Shown here piece after piece: positions 9,157 to 20,288 of a stretch of DNA of 37,624 nt. A program made the translations under genes and the position numbers. The notes below the pieces were generated by a model that saw only the letters and a program-made list of their open reading frames with translations, had not been told where the DNA came from and made no database searches. Positions within the stretch are counted from its first letter, which is position 1; each line of letters begins with the position of its first letter. Location of the stretch: assembly GCA_049967655.1 (NCBI GenBank), contig JBMFSH010000027.1:1-37624 (forward strand), read 5' to 3'. This stretch comes from Acidobacteriota bacterium (GTDB lineage: Bacteria; Acidobacteriota; UBA4820; DSQY01).

Positions 9157-9591
9157 TTTGCGGCGCCGCCCGGCCGAAGTAGGCCGATCCCTTGTAAATG
9201 TAAAAGTTGCAGCCTTGGCCGACGATCTCCCGCACGGAGGGGGACCCGGGGCCGTTTTCATCTCAGCGCCTGCAGGACCCTCCAGGGGAAAGAGGCGCGG
9301 GCGGATTTGAGACGGCTAACCCATAGAATGGAAGGAGATAGGCAGGAATGGCCGGGTGCTTGGGGCGTGAGCCGGCACGGGTGTTTCTTGCGTTTAACGA
9401 CAAGGGGCCGCGTTTCAGCAGGCAGGGCATTGGTTTCATCAGTGCAACTTTGCCGCCGGGCCCAACCTTGCGTTCGGGAGCACGTCCGTTACCTCCGGCG
9501 CGAGGTAGAATCTCTCTCTAATCGGGGCGCCTGGCGCCCCCATTGAGTGCCCCAGCCAGAAGCTGGCGGACACGTCGCGAAGGAGTCCACA

Positions 9592-10176
9592 GTGGCGCAT
9601 AAGTTTAATCCATCCCATCTGAACAGTCTTGAGAACCCGGATCGGTACAGGGCCATGCCCCCGGAGAAGATCTTGCGGGAGCTCGGGTTGGGGCCTGGCA
9701 TGACCTTCGTGGACGTGGGAGCCGGCAGCGGCTTTTTCTCGCTGCCCGCGGCCGAACTCGTGGGACCGGAGGGAACGGTCTACGCCCTCGACCTCCTGCC
9801 GGAGATGCTGGAGCACCTCCGCTCCAAACGGCCGCCTCCCTGGCTCAAGACGCTCCCCTCGGAGGAGTCCAGGCTGCCTCTGGCGGACGGGATCGCCGAC
9901 ATCGCCCTCGCCTGCTTCGTCCTCCACGAGACCGAGGCACCGGTGGCCTTTCTGAAAGAGATGGGCCGGGTCACCAAGCCTGGCGCCCTGGTCGTCCTCA
10001 TCGACTGGGCCAAGGTGAGACAGGAAGAGGGGCCTCCCTACGAGCACCGGATCCACCACCATCGGGCCGAGGAGCTCGCGCTGGAGGCCGGTCTGAAGTT
10101 CCGGAAAGCGGAGATGATCACGCCGAGCCACTACGCGCTGACGGTCCTCAGACCGTCGGCGGAGGACGAGGGTTAG
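9592..10176 (+). CDS. Class I SAM-dependent methyltransferase (UbiE/Methyltransf_31-like)
   Basis: VDVGAGSGFFS motif I, VYALD, VLHE, KPGALVVLIDW. GTG start after SD AGGAG (9581-9585). Confidence 0.88.
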   Translation: MAHKFNPSHLNSLENPDRYRAMPPEKILRELGLGPGMTFVDVGAGSGFFSLPAAELVGPEGTVYALDLLPEMLEHLRSKRPPPWLKTLPSEESRLPLADGIADIALACFVLHETEAPVAFLKEMGRVTKPGALVVLIDWAKVRQEEGPPYEHRIHHHRAEELALEAGLKFRKAEMITPSHYALTVLRPSAEDEG

Positions 10177-11847
<1,671 letters not shown>

Positions 11848-11850
11848 GCG

Positions 11851-11945
11851 CCGAGATGAGGAGATGCCGAGAGGCCGAAATGAAGGTGGCTCAGGATAGG
11901 TTCGGCTTTCTCCTCATCCCCTAATCCCCTCATCACCTCATCACG
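11851..11945. repeat. Periodic (~8-nt) GATGAGGA/CCTCATCA inverted-repeat element
   Basis: CCGAGATGAGGAGATGCCGAGAGG... faces ...CCTCATCCCCTAATCCCCTCATCACCTCATCAC in the proS-rlmI spacer. Confidence 0.5.
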
Positions 11946-11957
11946 AAAGGTTTTACA

Positions 11958-13148
11958 ATGACCCTCCCCCCCGAGAAACTTCCCCGCCTCCGACTCCAGA
12001 AGGGCCGCGAGAAGCGCATCCGGTCCGGCCACCCGTGGGTCTTCTCCAACGAGCTCCAGGCGGTGCCGGAGCTGCCGCCGGGTTCGCTCGTGGCGGTGGA
12101 CGGCCCGGGCGGGGAGCCCATGGGGATGGGGTACTACAATCCCCACACCCTCATCGCCGTGCGCTGGCTCCAGCGGGGCTCCGAGCCTCTGGCCGAGGAG
12201 TGGCTGGAGGAGAGGCTCGCCGCCGCCCTGTCGCGGCGAGAGGTGCTCTATCCCGGCGAGGAGTGCGTGCGCCTGGTCTTCGGTGAGGCGGACGGCCTCC
12301 CGGGGCTCATCGTGGACCGCTACGCGGAAACGGTCGTGACGCAGACCCTCACGGCCGGGATGGAGCTCCTGCGTCCCCGGGCCGAGTCGGCCCTTCGCGC
12401 CCTGCTGAAGCCTAACCTGCTCGTGCGCAAGGACGACTCCCTCATGCGCGAGATGGAGGGGCTGGCCAGGGCCGTGTCGGCGGAGCCCGAGGCGGCGCCC
12501 GGCGCGCGCCGCGTCCGCTACCTCGGCCTGACGCTCGACGTCCCCCTTCTCGACGGCCAGAAGACGGGGCTCTTCCTGGATCAGCGGGAGAACGCCAGGC
12601 TCTTCTCCGGGCTCGTCCGCCCCGGCATGAAGGTCCTCGACGTCTTCTGCTACCTGGGCGTCTGGGGATTGGCTGCGCTCAAGGCAGGCGCCGCTTCGTG
12701 CGATTTCGTGGACGCATCGAGACCGGCGTGCGGCCGGGTGGAGGCCGGCGCGGCGGCCAACGGCTTTCCCGAGTGCGAGATCCACTGCGGAGACGCCTTC
12801 GACGTCCTGGCCTCCCTGCGGCGCGAGGGCCGCTCCTTCGACGCGGTGGTCGTGGATCCCCCCGCCTTCGCCAAGTCCAAGAAGCACCTGCCGGAGGCCC
12901 TCAAAGGCTATGCCAGGCTCAACGAGCTGGCCCTTGCCCTGGTCAGCCCCGGAGGCCTGCTCGTATCGTGCTCCTGCTCCCACCACCTCTCACGGGAGGA
13001 GTTCCGCGAGATTCTTCGTGCCGCCGCCGCGCGCTCGCGCCGCCGCGCCTTCCTGCTCGACTTCCGCGGCCAGGCGCCCGATCATCCCGTTCTCCTCGGC
13101 TTTCCCGAGGGCGAGTACCTGAAGGCCGCCTTCCTCCGCGTCGAATGA
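11958..13148 (+). CDS. rlmI: RlmI/RlmK-like 23S rRNA methyltransferase (PUA domain + SAM MTase)
   Basis: GHPWVFSNE, EADGLPGLIVDRY, GQKTGLFLDQREN, VLDVFCYLG, DPPAFAKS, SCSCS, PDHP, EYLK. Confidence 0.85.
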   Translation: MTLPPEKLPRLRLQKGREKRIRSGHPWVFSNELQAVPELPPGSLVAVDGPGGEPMGMGYYNPHTLIAVRWLQRGSEPLAEEWLEERLAAALSRREVLYPGEECVRLVFGEADGLPGLIVDRYAETVVTQTLTAGMELLRPRAESALRALLKPNLLVRKDDSLMREMEGLARAVSAEPEAAPGARRVRYLGLTLDVPLLDGQKTGLFLDQRENARLFSGLVRPGMKVLDVFCYLGVWGLAALKAGAASCDFVDASRPACGRVEAGAAANGFPECEIHCGDAFDVLASLRREGRSFDAVVVDPPAFAKSKKHLPEALKGYARLNELALALVSPGGLLVSCSCSHHLSREEFREILRAAAARSRRRAFLLDFRGQAPDHPVLLGFPEGEYLKAAFLRVE

Positions 13149-13289
13149 TGGTTAGGAGGGCCCCTCGCTTGGAGGGCGGCCGATCGGCGCTCGCTTGTTC
13201 TTCCTGCAACGCCGTTGTACAGTGAAGAATCGGAGTAGCGAACGGGATCACCTCCTCCCGCCGCGGAGCCTGCTGGAAGACCACCGCCG

Positions 13290-14138
13290 ATGACCGTCCA
13301 CCTCCCTCGCCAACCCCTTTCTCCCCGCCTCGCGCTGGGCCTCAGCTTGCTTCTGCTGGTGGGAGTGGCGGTGATCGACTACTACACCGGCTTCGAATTC
13401 AGCTTCGCCATCTTCTACCTGATCCCCATTTCCGTGGCGGCGTGGTATGCGGGGCGGCTTCCGTCGTACGCCCTTTCGGTCGTCAGCGCCGTCACCACCC
13501 TGGTCAGCGACCTGTTGAACGGCAAGCACTATTCCAACAACGCCTTCCTCGTGTGGGACCTGCTCGCCAAACTGGCCTTCTTCCTGGTGGTGAGCCACGT
13601 CCTGGTCTCCCTCCGCACCTCCATGGACAAGATCCGGAACCTGGCGCAGACGGACGACCTGACGGGAGTATCCAACCGCCGCCACTTCGTGGAGGTCTGC
13701 GCGGCCGAGCTGGAGCGGACGCGCCGGTATGGCCATCCACTCTCGCTGGCCTATCTCGATGTGGACAACTTCAAGGAGGTGAACGACCGGCTGGGGCACG
13801 CGGCGGGAGACCGGCTGCTCCGGCAGGTGGCGTCGGCCCTCGTGGGATCGGTGCGCGCCTCCGACACCGTGGGGCGGCTGGGGGGGGACGAGTTCGCCAT
13901 CCTCTTCCCGGAAACCGGGCGCGACCGGGCCATCGAGGCGGCCATGAAGATCCGCCGCCGCCTCTCCGAAGTGGCGCCGGTGGAGCCGTCGCTGCCCCTG
14001 TGTTGCAGCATCGGCCTCATCGCCTGCGACCGGGCCCCGGCCTCCGTGGACGAGCTCATCAAAGAGGCGGACGGGCTGCTCTACGAAGCCAAGACCTCGG
14101 GCAAGGACCGGGTGGTGGACAGGGTCCTGCGCGGCTGA
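13290..14138 (+). CDS. Membrane-bound diguanylate cyclase (DUF4118-like TM domain + GGDEF)
   Basis: About four TM helices, TDDLTGVSNRR, DVDNFKEVND..GHAAGD, RASD I-site and an intact GGDEF. Confidence 0.92.
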   Translation: MTVHLPRQPLSPRLALGLSLLLLVGVAVIDYYTGFEFSFAIFYLIPISVAAWYAGRLPSYALSVVSAVTTLVSDLLNGKHYSNNAFLVWDLLAKLAFFLVVSHVLVSLRTSMDKIRNLAQTDDLTGVSNRRHFVEVCAAELERTRRYGHPLSLAYLDVDNFKEVNDRLGHAAGDRLLRQVASALVGSVRASDTVGRLGGDEFAILFPETGRDRAIEAAMKIRRRLSEVAPVEPSLPLCCSIGLIACDRAPASVDELIKEADGLLYEAKTSGKDRVVDRVLRG

Positions 14139-14182
14139 ATCGGCCGTCGCGGCGGCGTGGCCTGGCCGGACTGAAGGGCGGG

Positions 14183-14208
14183 TGAAACTCTGGAGGCTCC
14201 CCGACGTA
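14183..14208 (+). promoter_or_regulatory. Putative ECF-sigma promoter
   Basis: TGAAAC-N16-CGTA, identical to the B. subtilis sigmaW-type consensus, 72 bp upstream of the M13 peptidase start. Confidence 0.55.
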
Positions 14209-14279
14209 CACCAAGATTCTGAATGGACGCCCCCAGGGGCGGAAGTGTGCACTGTTGAATCCTCGGAAAGGAGCGACGA

Positions 14280-16337
14280 ATGAGAGCATGGACAATCCTG
14301 CTGGCGGGCTTTCTGCTGGCGGCCCCCTGGTGCGCCGCATCGGCCCAGGAGCCCAAGGCCAAGGAGAGCAAGCCCCAAGCGGCGCCGGTGGTCCACGGGA
14401 TCAATCCCGCGAACCTGGACACCAGCGTCAAGCCCTGCGAAGACTTCTTCAAGTACGCCACGGGCGGCTGGGTGGCCAAGCACCCCATCCCGCCGGAATA
14501 TCCCCGCTGGGGCACCTTCGACGAACTGGCGCTACGCAACCAGGAGGAGCTCAGGGGCATCCTCGAAGCGGCGGAGAAGGACACCAAGGCCCCCGCGGGC
14601 AGCATCGAGCGCAAGCTGGGAGAGTTCTACGCCGCCGCCATGGACGAGAAGAGGGCCGACGAGCTGGGCATAAAGCCGATCCAGCCTGAACTCCAGGCCA
14701 TCGCCGACGTGAAGGACATGAAGGGCCTCGCCAAGGAGGCCGCCATCCTCCAGCACCACGGCGTCAACGTCTTCTTCGGCGTGGGCTCGGAGCAGGATGC
14801 CAAGGACGCCACCGAGGTGATCGCCGGCTTCCACCAGGGAGGGCTGAGCCTTCCCGACCGCGACTACTACCTGAAGGACGATCCCAAGACCAAGGCCGTG
14901 CGCGATGCCTACGTGGCCCACGTCACCAAGGTCTTCGAGCTCCTGGGCGATCCGGCCGACAAGGCCGCCGCCGAGGCCCAGACGGTCCTCAAGCTGGAGA
15001 CCGCCCTGGCCAAGGTCTCCATGTCGCGCGTCGAGCGCCGCGATCCCAAGGCCACCTACCACCCCATGGCCTTCGCCGAGATCGCCACCCTGACCCCCGA
15101 TTTCGACTGGACCCTTTACGCCCGAGAGATCGGCCTTCCCGAGATCAAGGGCCACATCAACGTGGGCGAGCCGGACTTCTTCAAGGGGCTGGCGGCCGAG
15201 CTGAAGACCGTTCCCCTCAACGACTGGAAGACCTACCTCCGCTGGCACCTCGTGAGCCGATACTCGGGTGCCCTCTCCAGCGAGTTCGTCAAGGAGAACT
15301 TCGCCTTTTCCAAGACCCTCACGGGCGCCCAGCAGGACATGCCGCGCTGGAAGAAGGCGGTGGCCGCCACCAACGGCGCCATGGGCATGGCCCTGGGCGA
15401 GCTCTACGTGAAGCAGTACTTCAGCCCCGAAGCCAAGGCCCAGGTGCTCGACATCCTGCACCACATCAAGGCGGCCCTCCGAGAAGATCTCGAGACCGTT
15501 CCCTGGATGAGCGCCTCCACTCGCAAGGCGGCGCTCTTCAAGCTCGACAAGATCGTGGAGAAGATCGGCTACCCCGACAAGTGGAGGGACTACAGCAAGC
15601 TCCAGATCGTGCCCGGCGACTACTTCGGAAACCTCTGGCGCGCGGCCTCCTTCGAGGACGCCCGCGACCTCGCCAAGATCGGCAAGCCGCTGGACCGCAC
15701 CGAGTGGGGCATGACCCCGCCCACGGTGAACGCCTACTACGACCCCGGCATGAACGAGATCGTCTTCCCCGCCGGCATCCTGCAGCCCCCCTTCTTCGAT
15801 CCCAAGGCCAACCTGGCCGTCAACTACGGTGGAATCGGGGCGGTCATCGGACACGAGATCACCCACGGTTTCGACGACCAGGGCAGCCAGTACGACGCCT
15901 ACGGCAACCTCAAGAATTGGTGGACCCCAGCGGACCTGAAGGCCTTCAAGGAACGGGGCCAGTGCATCGTGGACCAGGCCAGCCAGTACGTCGTGGACAA
16001 TGACCTCCACCTCCAGGGCAAGCTCGTGGAGGGCGAGGCCATCGCCGACCTGGGCGGGCTCACTCTCGCCTACCGCGCCTACCACATGGCCCTGGGCGAC
16101 AAGCCCGCGCCCGTCGTGGACGGCTTCACGGGAGACCAGCAGTTCTTCCTCTCCTTCGCCAACGTGTGGGCGAGCAGCACGCGGCCCCAGTTCGCCCGCC
16201 TGCTGGCCACCGTGGACCCGCACCCGCCGGCCCGCTACCGCGTCAACGGCACCCTTTCGGACATGCCCGCCTTCGCCAAGGCTTTCGGATGCACCACGGG
16301 TCCCATGGCCGCGGCCAAAGGCTGCCAGGTCTGGTAG
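14280..16337 (+). CDS. M13 family (neprilysin/PepO-like) zinc metallopeptidase, exported
   Basis: Signal peptide, PCEDFFKYA, VNAYY, IVFPAGILQPPFF, HEITH, GEAIADLGG, DPHPP..RVN, C-terminal CQVW. Confidence 0.96.
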   Translation: MRAWTILLAGFLLAAPWCAASAQEPKAKESKPQAAPVVHGINPANLDTSVKPCEDFFKYATGGWVAKHPIPPEYPRWGTFDELALRNQEELRGILEAAEKDTKAPAGSIERKLGEFYAAAMDEKRADELGIKPIQPELQAIADVKDMKGLAKEAAILQHHGVNVFFGVGSEQDAKDATEVIAGFHQGGLSLPDRDYYLKDDPKTKAVRDAYVAHVTKVFELLGDPADKAAAEAQTVLKLETALAKVSMSRVERRDPKATYHPMAFAEIATLTPDFDWTLYAREIGLPEIKGHINVGEPDFFKGLAAELKTVPLNDWKTYLRWHLVSRYSGALSSEFVKENFAFSKTLTGAQQDMPRWKKAVAATNGAMGMALGELYVKQYFSPEAKAQVLDILHHIKAALREDLETVPWMSASTRKAALFKLDKIVEKIGYPDKWRDYSKLQIVPGDYFGNLWRAASFEDARDLAKIGKPLDRTEWGMTPPTVNAYYDPGMNEIVFPAGILQPPFFDPKANLAVNYGGIGAVIGHEITHGFDDQGSQYDAYGNLKNWWTPADLKAFKERGQCIVDQASQYVVDNDLHLQGKLVEGEAIADLGGLTLAYRAYHMALGDKPAPVVDGFTGDQQFFLSFANVWASSTRPQFARLLATVDPHPPARYRVNGTLSDMPAFAKAFGCTTGPMAAAKGCQVW

Positions 16338-16360
16338 GGCCGAACCGACTCGCCACACTC

Positions 16361-16394
16361 GAGAGGCGGGGGCCTGGCCCCCGCCTCTCTTTTT
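16361..16394 (+). terminator. Rho-independent terminator after the M13 peptidase
   Basis: GAGAGGCGGGGGC/GCCCCCGCCTCTC stem followed by TTTTT. Confidence 0.8.
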
Positions 16395-16463
16395 CCCCAA
16401 TTCCGCGATGCACTTCCCGCCGGCGTGGGAGCCGTCGCCTGACGGCGACTTCCCCATCGCGAG

Positions 16464-16486
16464 TAAGCGATTAAGCGATTAAGCGG
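16464..16486. repeat. Octamer tandem repeat (TAAGCGAT)x~3
   Basis: TAAGCGAT TAAGCGAT TAAGCGG read directly from the sequence. Confidence 0.7.
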
Positions 16487-16638
16487 GACGGGATGAAAGG
16501 CCAGCCCCTTGCAGGTAAGCTGTCCTAGCTTGCGATCCATGGCTGGACGAGCCTTGCCCCCCCTTCTCTTCGCTCCATCGCGGGATTGGTTTTTTTCTCT
16601 TCTTGCGTGTCCCCAGCCACCGGCGCTATGCTCCCAAC

Positions 16639-18606
16639 GTGACGCAGAAGATCGGTCGCTACGACATCGAGGGCACGATCGGACGGGGCGCCATGGGCGT
16701 GGTGTACCGCGCTCGGGACCCCATCATCGGCCGAGCCCTGGCCATCAAGGTGGTGTCCCTTTCCGGGGGCCTCGCCGACGACGCCAAGGAGGAGTACCGC
16801 CAGCGCTTTTTTCGCGAGGCCCAGGCGGCGGGCAATCTCCACCACCCGAACATCGTGACCGTCTTCGACGCGGGCGAGGAGCGCGGCGTCCCCTACCTCG
16901 TCATGGAGCTGGTGGAGGGGGAGAGCCTGGCGCAGCGGCTCAAGCGGGCCGGAAAGCTCTCCGTCGAGGAAGCCTCCTCCATCGCCCGGCAGGTGGCGGC
17001 GGGGCTGGCCTACGCCCACGAGAAGGGCGTGGTCCACCGGGACATCAAACCCGCCAACATCCTCCTGGATGCGAAGGGCCGTGCCGCCATAACGGACTTC
17101 GGAGTGGCCAGGCTCTCGGCCAGCGACCTGACGCGCACCGGGGAGGTCCTCGGCACTCCCAACTTCATGAGCCCCGAGCAGGTTCTGGGGCAGGCGCTGG
17201 ACGGTCGGAGCGACCTCTTTTCCCTCGGCGTCGTCTACTACCTCATGCTCACCGGGGATCGCCCCTTCAAGGGGGAGGAGGTCTCGGCCATCTGCTACAA
17301 CGTGGTCCACTCGGAGCCCGTGCCGCCGGTCTCTTCGTTGCCCCTTCCCGCAGAGGTGGCTGGTATTCTGGATCGCCTGTTGCGAAAGAACCCGGCGGAA
17401 CGATTCTCAGATGGCGAGACGGCCGCGGCGGCGCTCCGGGAGGTGACGGAGCGCACCCAGGTGGTGGCTTCCCCCGTTGCCAACGCCTCGCAGCGTCCGC
17501 CGGCTGGAGGCTCGGCGGGCGGCGCGACCCGGCCGGCCACCGCCGCCGTGGGCCAGGCGGCCACGATGGCGGCCCCGCCCAGGGGGCTCGGCAGGGGGGC
17601 GAAGGCGGCCTTCACGGCCCTGGCGGTGTTGGCGGCCGCGGGAGTGATCGTGGCTTCCTGGCTGATCGCCACGCGGTGGCGCGCCCGTTCAGTTCCCCCA
17701 GTCGGCGTCCAGGCCACCGCCCCGAAGGAATCGGCCCCGCCTCCGGCCGCGAAGGCCCTGCCCGGTCCCGCCAAAGCCTTCCCGGGGCCTACGCCCGCCC
17801 CGTCCGCCGCCAGCCCAGCGACTGGAATGGCGGTCCCGGCGGCGGCGAAGACGAGGACCGCTCCGCCCCCCGCCAAGCCTATCCCTGTGGGCATCGTGGC
17901 GGAGGGCCCGCTGGCGAGTGGCCGTATCCGCGTGGAGGCCGGCGGGAAGATACTTCTCGACCGCCCTTTCCTCGGCGGCTTCGGGCGCGGCCGAAAGGGG
18001 CTCCTCCTGGCGGACCGCCTTCTTCTCGCGCCGGGCGAACAGAAGGTCACCATCGCCGTGGTCTCCGAGAGGCCATCCCCGTTTGCCGCCGATACGAACG
18101 AGACGGTGCTCGTGCCGTCGGCGGGAGAGGTCACCCTCACCGTGCGCGCCCGGCGCTATCCCGACCGCCTGGCGGTGGCGCTCGTGCCCACGGCGGACCT
18201 TCCGGAGCGGCTGGCCGGCCTTCTCTCCGAAGTTGAGGCGGCCCCCGGCGCGTCGGGCTCGGAGGCCTCCGGCGCCGCGGCCGAGACCGCCCACTTCACG
18301 CTCGTGGTGGAGGGACCGCTTGATCGCGGCCAGATCGTTTTCTTCGTGGACGGACGGCTCGAGAAGGTCGTCCCCATTCCGGACCTTCCGCGCCGCCAGG
18401 ACGGCACTGGCTTCCGCCTGGAGGTCAGCCGGGACCTCCTGGCGCGAACCTATGCCCTGGGCTTCGAGGTGAAGGCCCCCAGGCCCTTCCCCTTCTTCGC
18501 CGCAGCCCGGCGAACCGTCACCTTCCAGCCGGGCCAGCGGCTCAAGCTCGTCGTCCACTGCCGGCGTGACCCCGCCCGCCTGGAGGTCGAGGAAGAACGG
18601 CGGTGA
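16639..18606 (+). CDS. Hanks-type Ser/Thr protein kinase with TM helix and duplicated extracytoplasmic domain
   Basis: IGRGAMGVVY, AIK, HRDIKPANI, DFG, GTPNFMSPEQ, DGRSDLFSLG; TM segment AAFTALAVLAAAGVIVASWLIA. GTG start inferred. Confidence 0.93.
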   Translation: MTQKIGRYDIEGTIGRGAMGVVYRARDPIIGRALAIKVVSLSGGLADDAKEEYRQRFFREAQAAGNLHHPNIVTVFDAGEERGVPYLVMELVEGESLAQRLKRAGKLSVEEASSIARQVAAGLAYAHEKGVVHRDIKPANILLDAKGRAAITDFGVARLSASDLTRTGEVLGTPNFMSPEQVLGQALDGRSDLFSLGVVYYLMLTGDRPFKGEEVSAICYNVVHSEPVPPVSSLPLPAEVAGILDRLLRKNPAERFSDGETAAAALREVTERTQVVASPVANASQRPPAGGSAGGATRPATAAVGQAATMAAPPRGLGRGAKAAFTALAVLAAAGVIVASWLIATRWRARSVPPVGVQATAPKESAPPPAAKALPGPAKAFPGPTPAPSAASPATGMAVPAAAKTRTAPPPAKPIPVGIVAEGPLASGRIRVEAGGKILLDRPFLGGFGRGRKGLLLADRLLLAPGEQKVTIAVVSERPSPFAADTNETVLVPSAGEVTLTVRARRYPDRLAVALVPTADLPERLAGLLSEVEAAPGASGSEASGAAAETAHFTLVVEGPLDRGQIVFFVDGRLEKVVPIPDLPRRQDGTGFRLEVSRDLLARTYALGFEVKAPRPFPFFAAARRTVTFQPGQRLKLVVHCRRDPARLEVEEERR

Positions 18607-18646
18607 CGGGGGCGGCGGGCCTAACCCTCGGGGCTAACCGTCGCTC

Positions 18647-18675
18647 TTGACTCGAAAGGTCCCACCCGCTATGCT
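18647..18675 (+). promoter_or_regulatory. sigma70 promoter of tRNA-Phe
   Basis: TTGACT-N17-TATGCT, 26 bp upstream of the tRNA. Confidence 0.7.
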
Positions 18676-18701
18676 GTTCGACGCCGGGAAACCGGCACGG
18701 T

Positions 18702-18777
<76 letters not shown>

Positions 18778-18874
18778 CGGTATCATCCCCCCGTGGCTGT
18801 CCAAGACAATTTCAGCGTGCGGTTGAGCAGTTGACTTCGCTTTTCGATGCAAGTGGAAAGGGCGCGTTCCCGCT

Positions 18875-19417
18875 TCAGCGGCCAGCCTTGGCCTGCCGCT
18901 CCACGAGCTGGGCCAGGGCCCGCGCGAGGCTCTTCGGGTAGTCCTGGGTGGCGGCGGCCGTCCGGTCGGCCCAGAGCACCTCCTTCTCCAGGCCCTCGGG
19001 AGGCTCCATCCCGAGCTCCCCGAGACGCCGGGCGAGGTAGCGGCAGTACTCCTGGATCTCGGACTGCCAGATGGCCTCGGGGGAGCCTTGGCTCACGATG
19101 CGCTGGGCGACGATGCGCTCGACGGCCTTCAGCGCCTTGTCCTGCTCGATCTTCCGCACGGAGGGGGACCACTGCACGAGCTCGGCGCCGCGGGAGAAGG
19201 CCTGGGGCGCCTCGGGCGGCCTATCCCCCCGGCGGAGGAAGGAGCCCACGGAGACGGCCTTCCACGACACGACGAAGAGCACGAGTCCCACCGCCAGCGA
19301 GAGGCCGTAGGGCCCCTTCCAGAGGTGTTGGATCAGCCACGCCAGCACGACGCCGCCGAAGGCGGCGAAGAGGGCCCTGATCAAGCGGATCTGAAGCGCG
19401 TCCCTCCAAAGGTCCAT
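18875..19417 (-). CDS. Hypothetical membrane protein (2 TM helices + cytoplasmic helical domain)
   Basis: Host-like codon usage, two hydrophobic segments, and a promoter-like TTGCCG-N17-TAGACT at 19490-19462. Confidence 0.7.
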   Translation of the reverse strand: MDLWRDALQIRLIRALFAAFGGVVLAWLIQHLWKGPYGLSLAVGLVLFVVSWKAVSVGSFLRRGDRPPEAPQAFSRGAELVQWSPSVRKIEQDKALKAVERIVAQRIVSQGSPEAIWQSEIQEYCRYLARRLGELGMEPPEGLEKEVLWADRTAAATQDYPKSLARALAQLVERQAKAGR

Positions 19418-19611
19418 CTCGGTTTCGCCCCCCGCGCCGGACGGCATCGGTGTTCCTGGACAGTCTATCCACTTGACACGCCGTCGGCAATGGGCTTGCG
19501 CCGCTCCCCGGGCTCTGGTCACGGCTTCTGGTCCGCCGACCCCTTTACACGCGCGGCCTATGGCGTAAGCTTGGGACAGGCCGGGAAAGAGACGATCGCA
19601 GGGAGGCTCGG

Positions 19612-20247
19612 GTGAACAGTAGACGAAACGCCCTTCTGGTGGTGGACATGCAACCCGACTTCCTGCCCGGCGGGCCTCTCGGGATCGAGCGGGGCGAGGA
19701 GGTGGTGGCTCCCATCGCTCGGCTCATGGCGTCGGGCCGCTTCGGCCTGTGCGTCGCGACGCAGGACTGGCATCCTCCCGGCCACGTCTCCTTCGCCTCC
19801 TCTCACCCGGGCCGGCGCCCCTTCGAGGTGATCGAGCTGTACGGACGGGACCAGGTGCTCTGGCCCGACCACTGCGTGCAGGGAACGCCCGGGGCCCAGC
19901 TGCTGGCCGGGATGCCCTGGGAGAAAGCGTCCGCGGTGATCCGCAAGGGCACCGATCCGGGGGTGGACTCCTACAGCGGCTTCTGGAACAACTGGGGACC
20001 CGGCGGAACGAGACCTCCCACCGGTCTGGGGGGCTACCTTCGGGAGCGGGGGGTGGCGGAGATTTCGCTCTGCGGCCTGGCTCGCGATTACTGCGTACTG
20101 TGGAGCGCGGAAGACGCCGCCGAAGTGGGCTTCGGCGTGACCGTCCTCTGGGACCTCACGAGGCCCGTGGATCCTGCCTCGGACGAGAGGGTCCGCGCCG
20201 CCCTGCTGGAGCGCGGCGTCGCTCTCCTCGAAGGGACCGGTCTTTAA
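19612..20247 (+). CDS. pncA: Nicotinamidase/pyrazinamidase
   Basis: [64 protein letters not shown] before GTG. Confidence 0.93.
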   Translation: MNSRRNALLVVDMQPDFLPGGPLGIERGEEVVAPIARLMASGRFGLCVATQDWHPPGHVSFASSHPGRRPFEVIELYGRDQVLWPDHCVQGTPGAQLLAGMPWEKASAVIRKGTDPGVDSYSGFWNNWGPGGTRPPTGLGGYLRERGVAEISLCGLARDYCVLWSAEDAAEVGFGVTVLWDLTRPVDPASDERVRAALLERGVALLEGTGL

Positions 20248-20288
20248 CCCCCTCCCCGCCGCCGGAGGGGCCATCCAGCGAGGTGACC

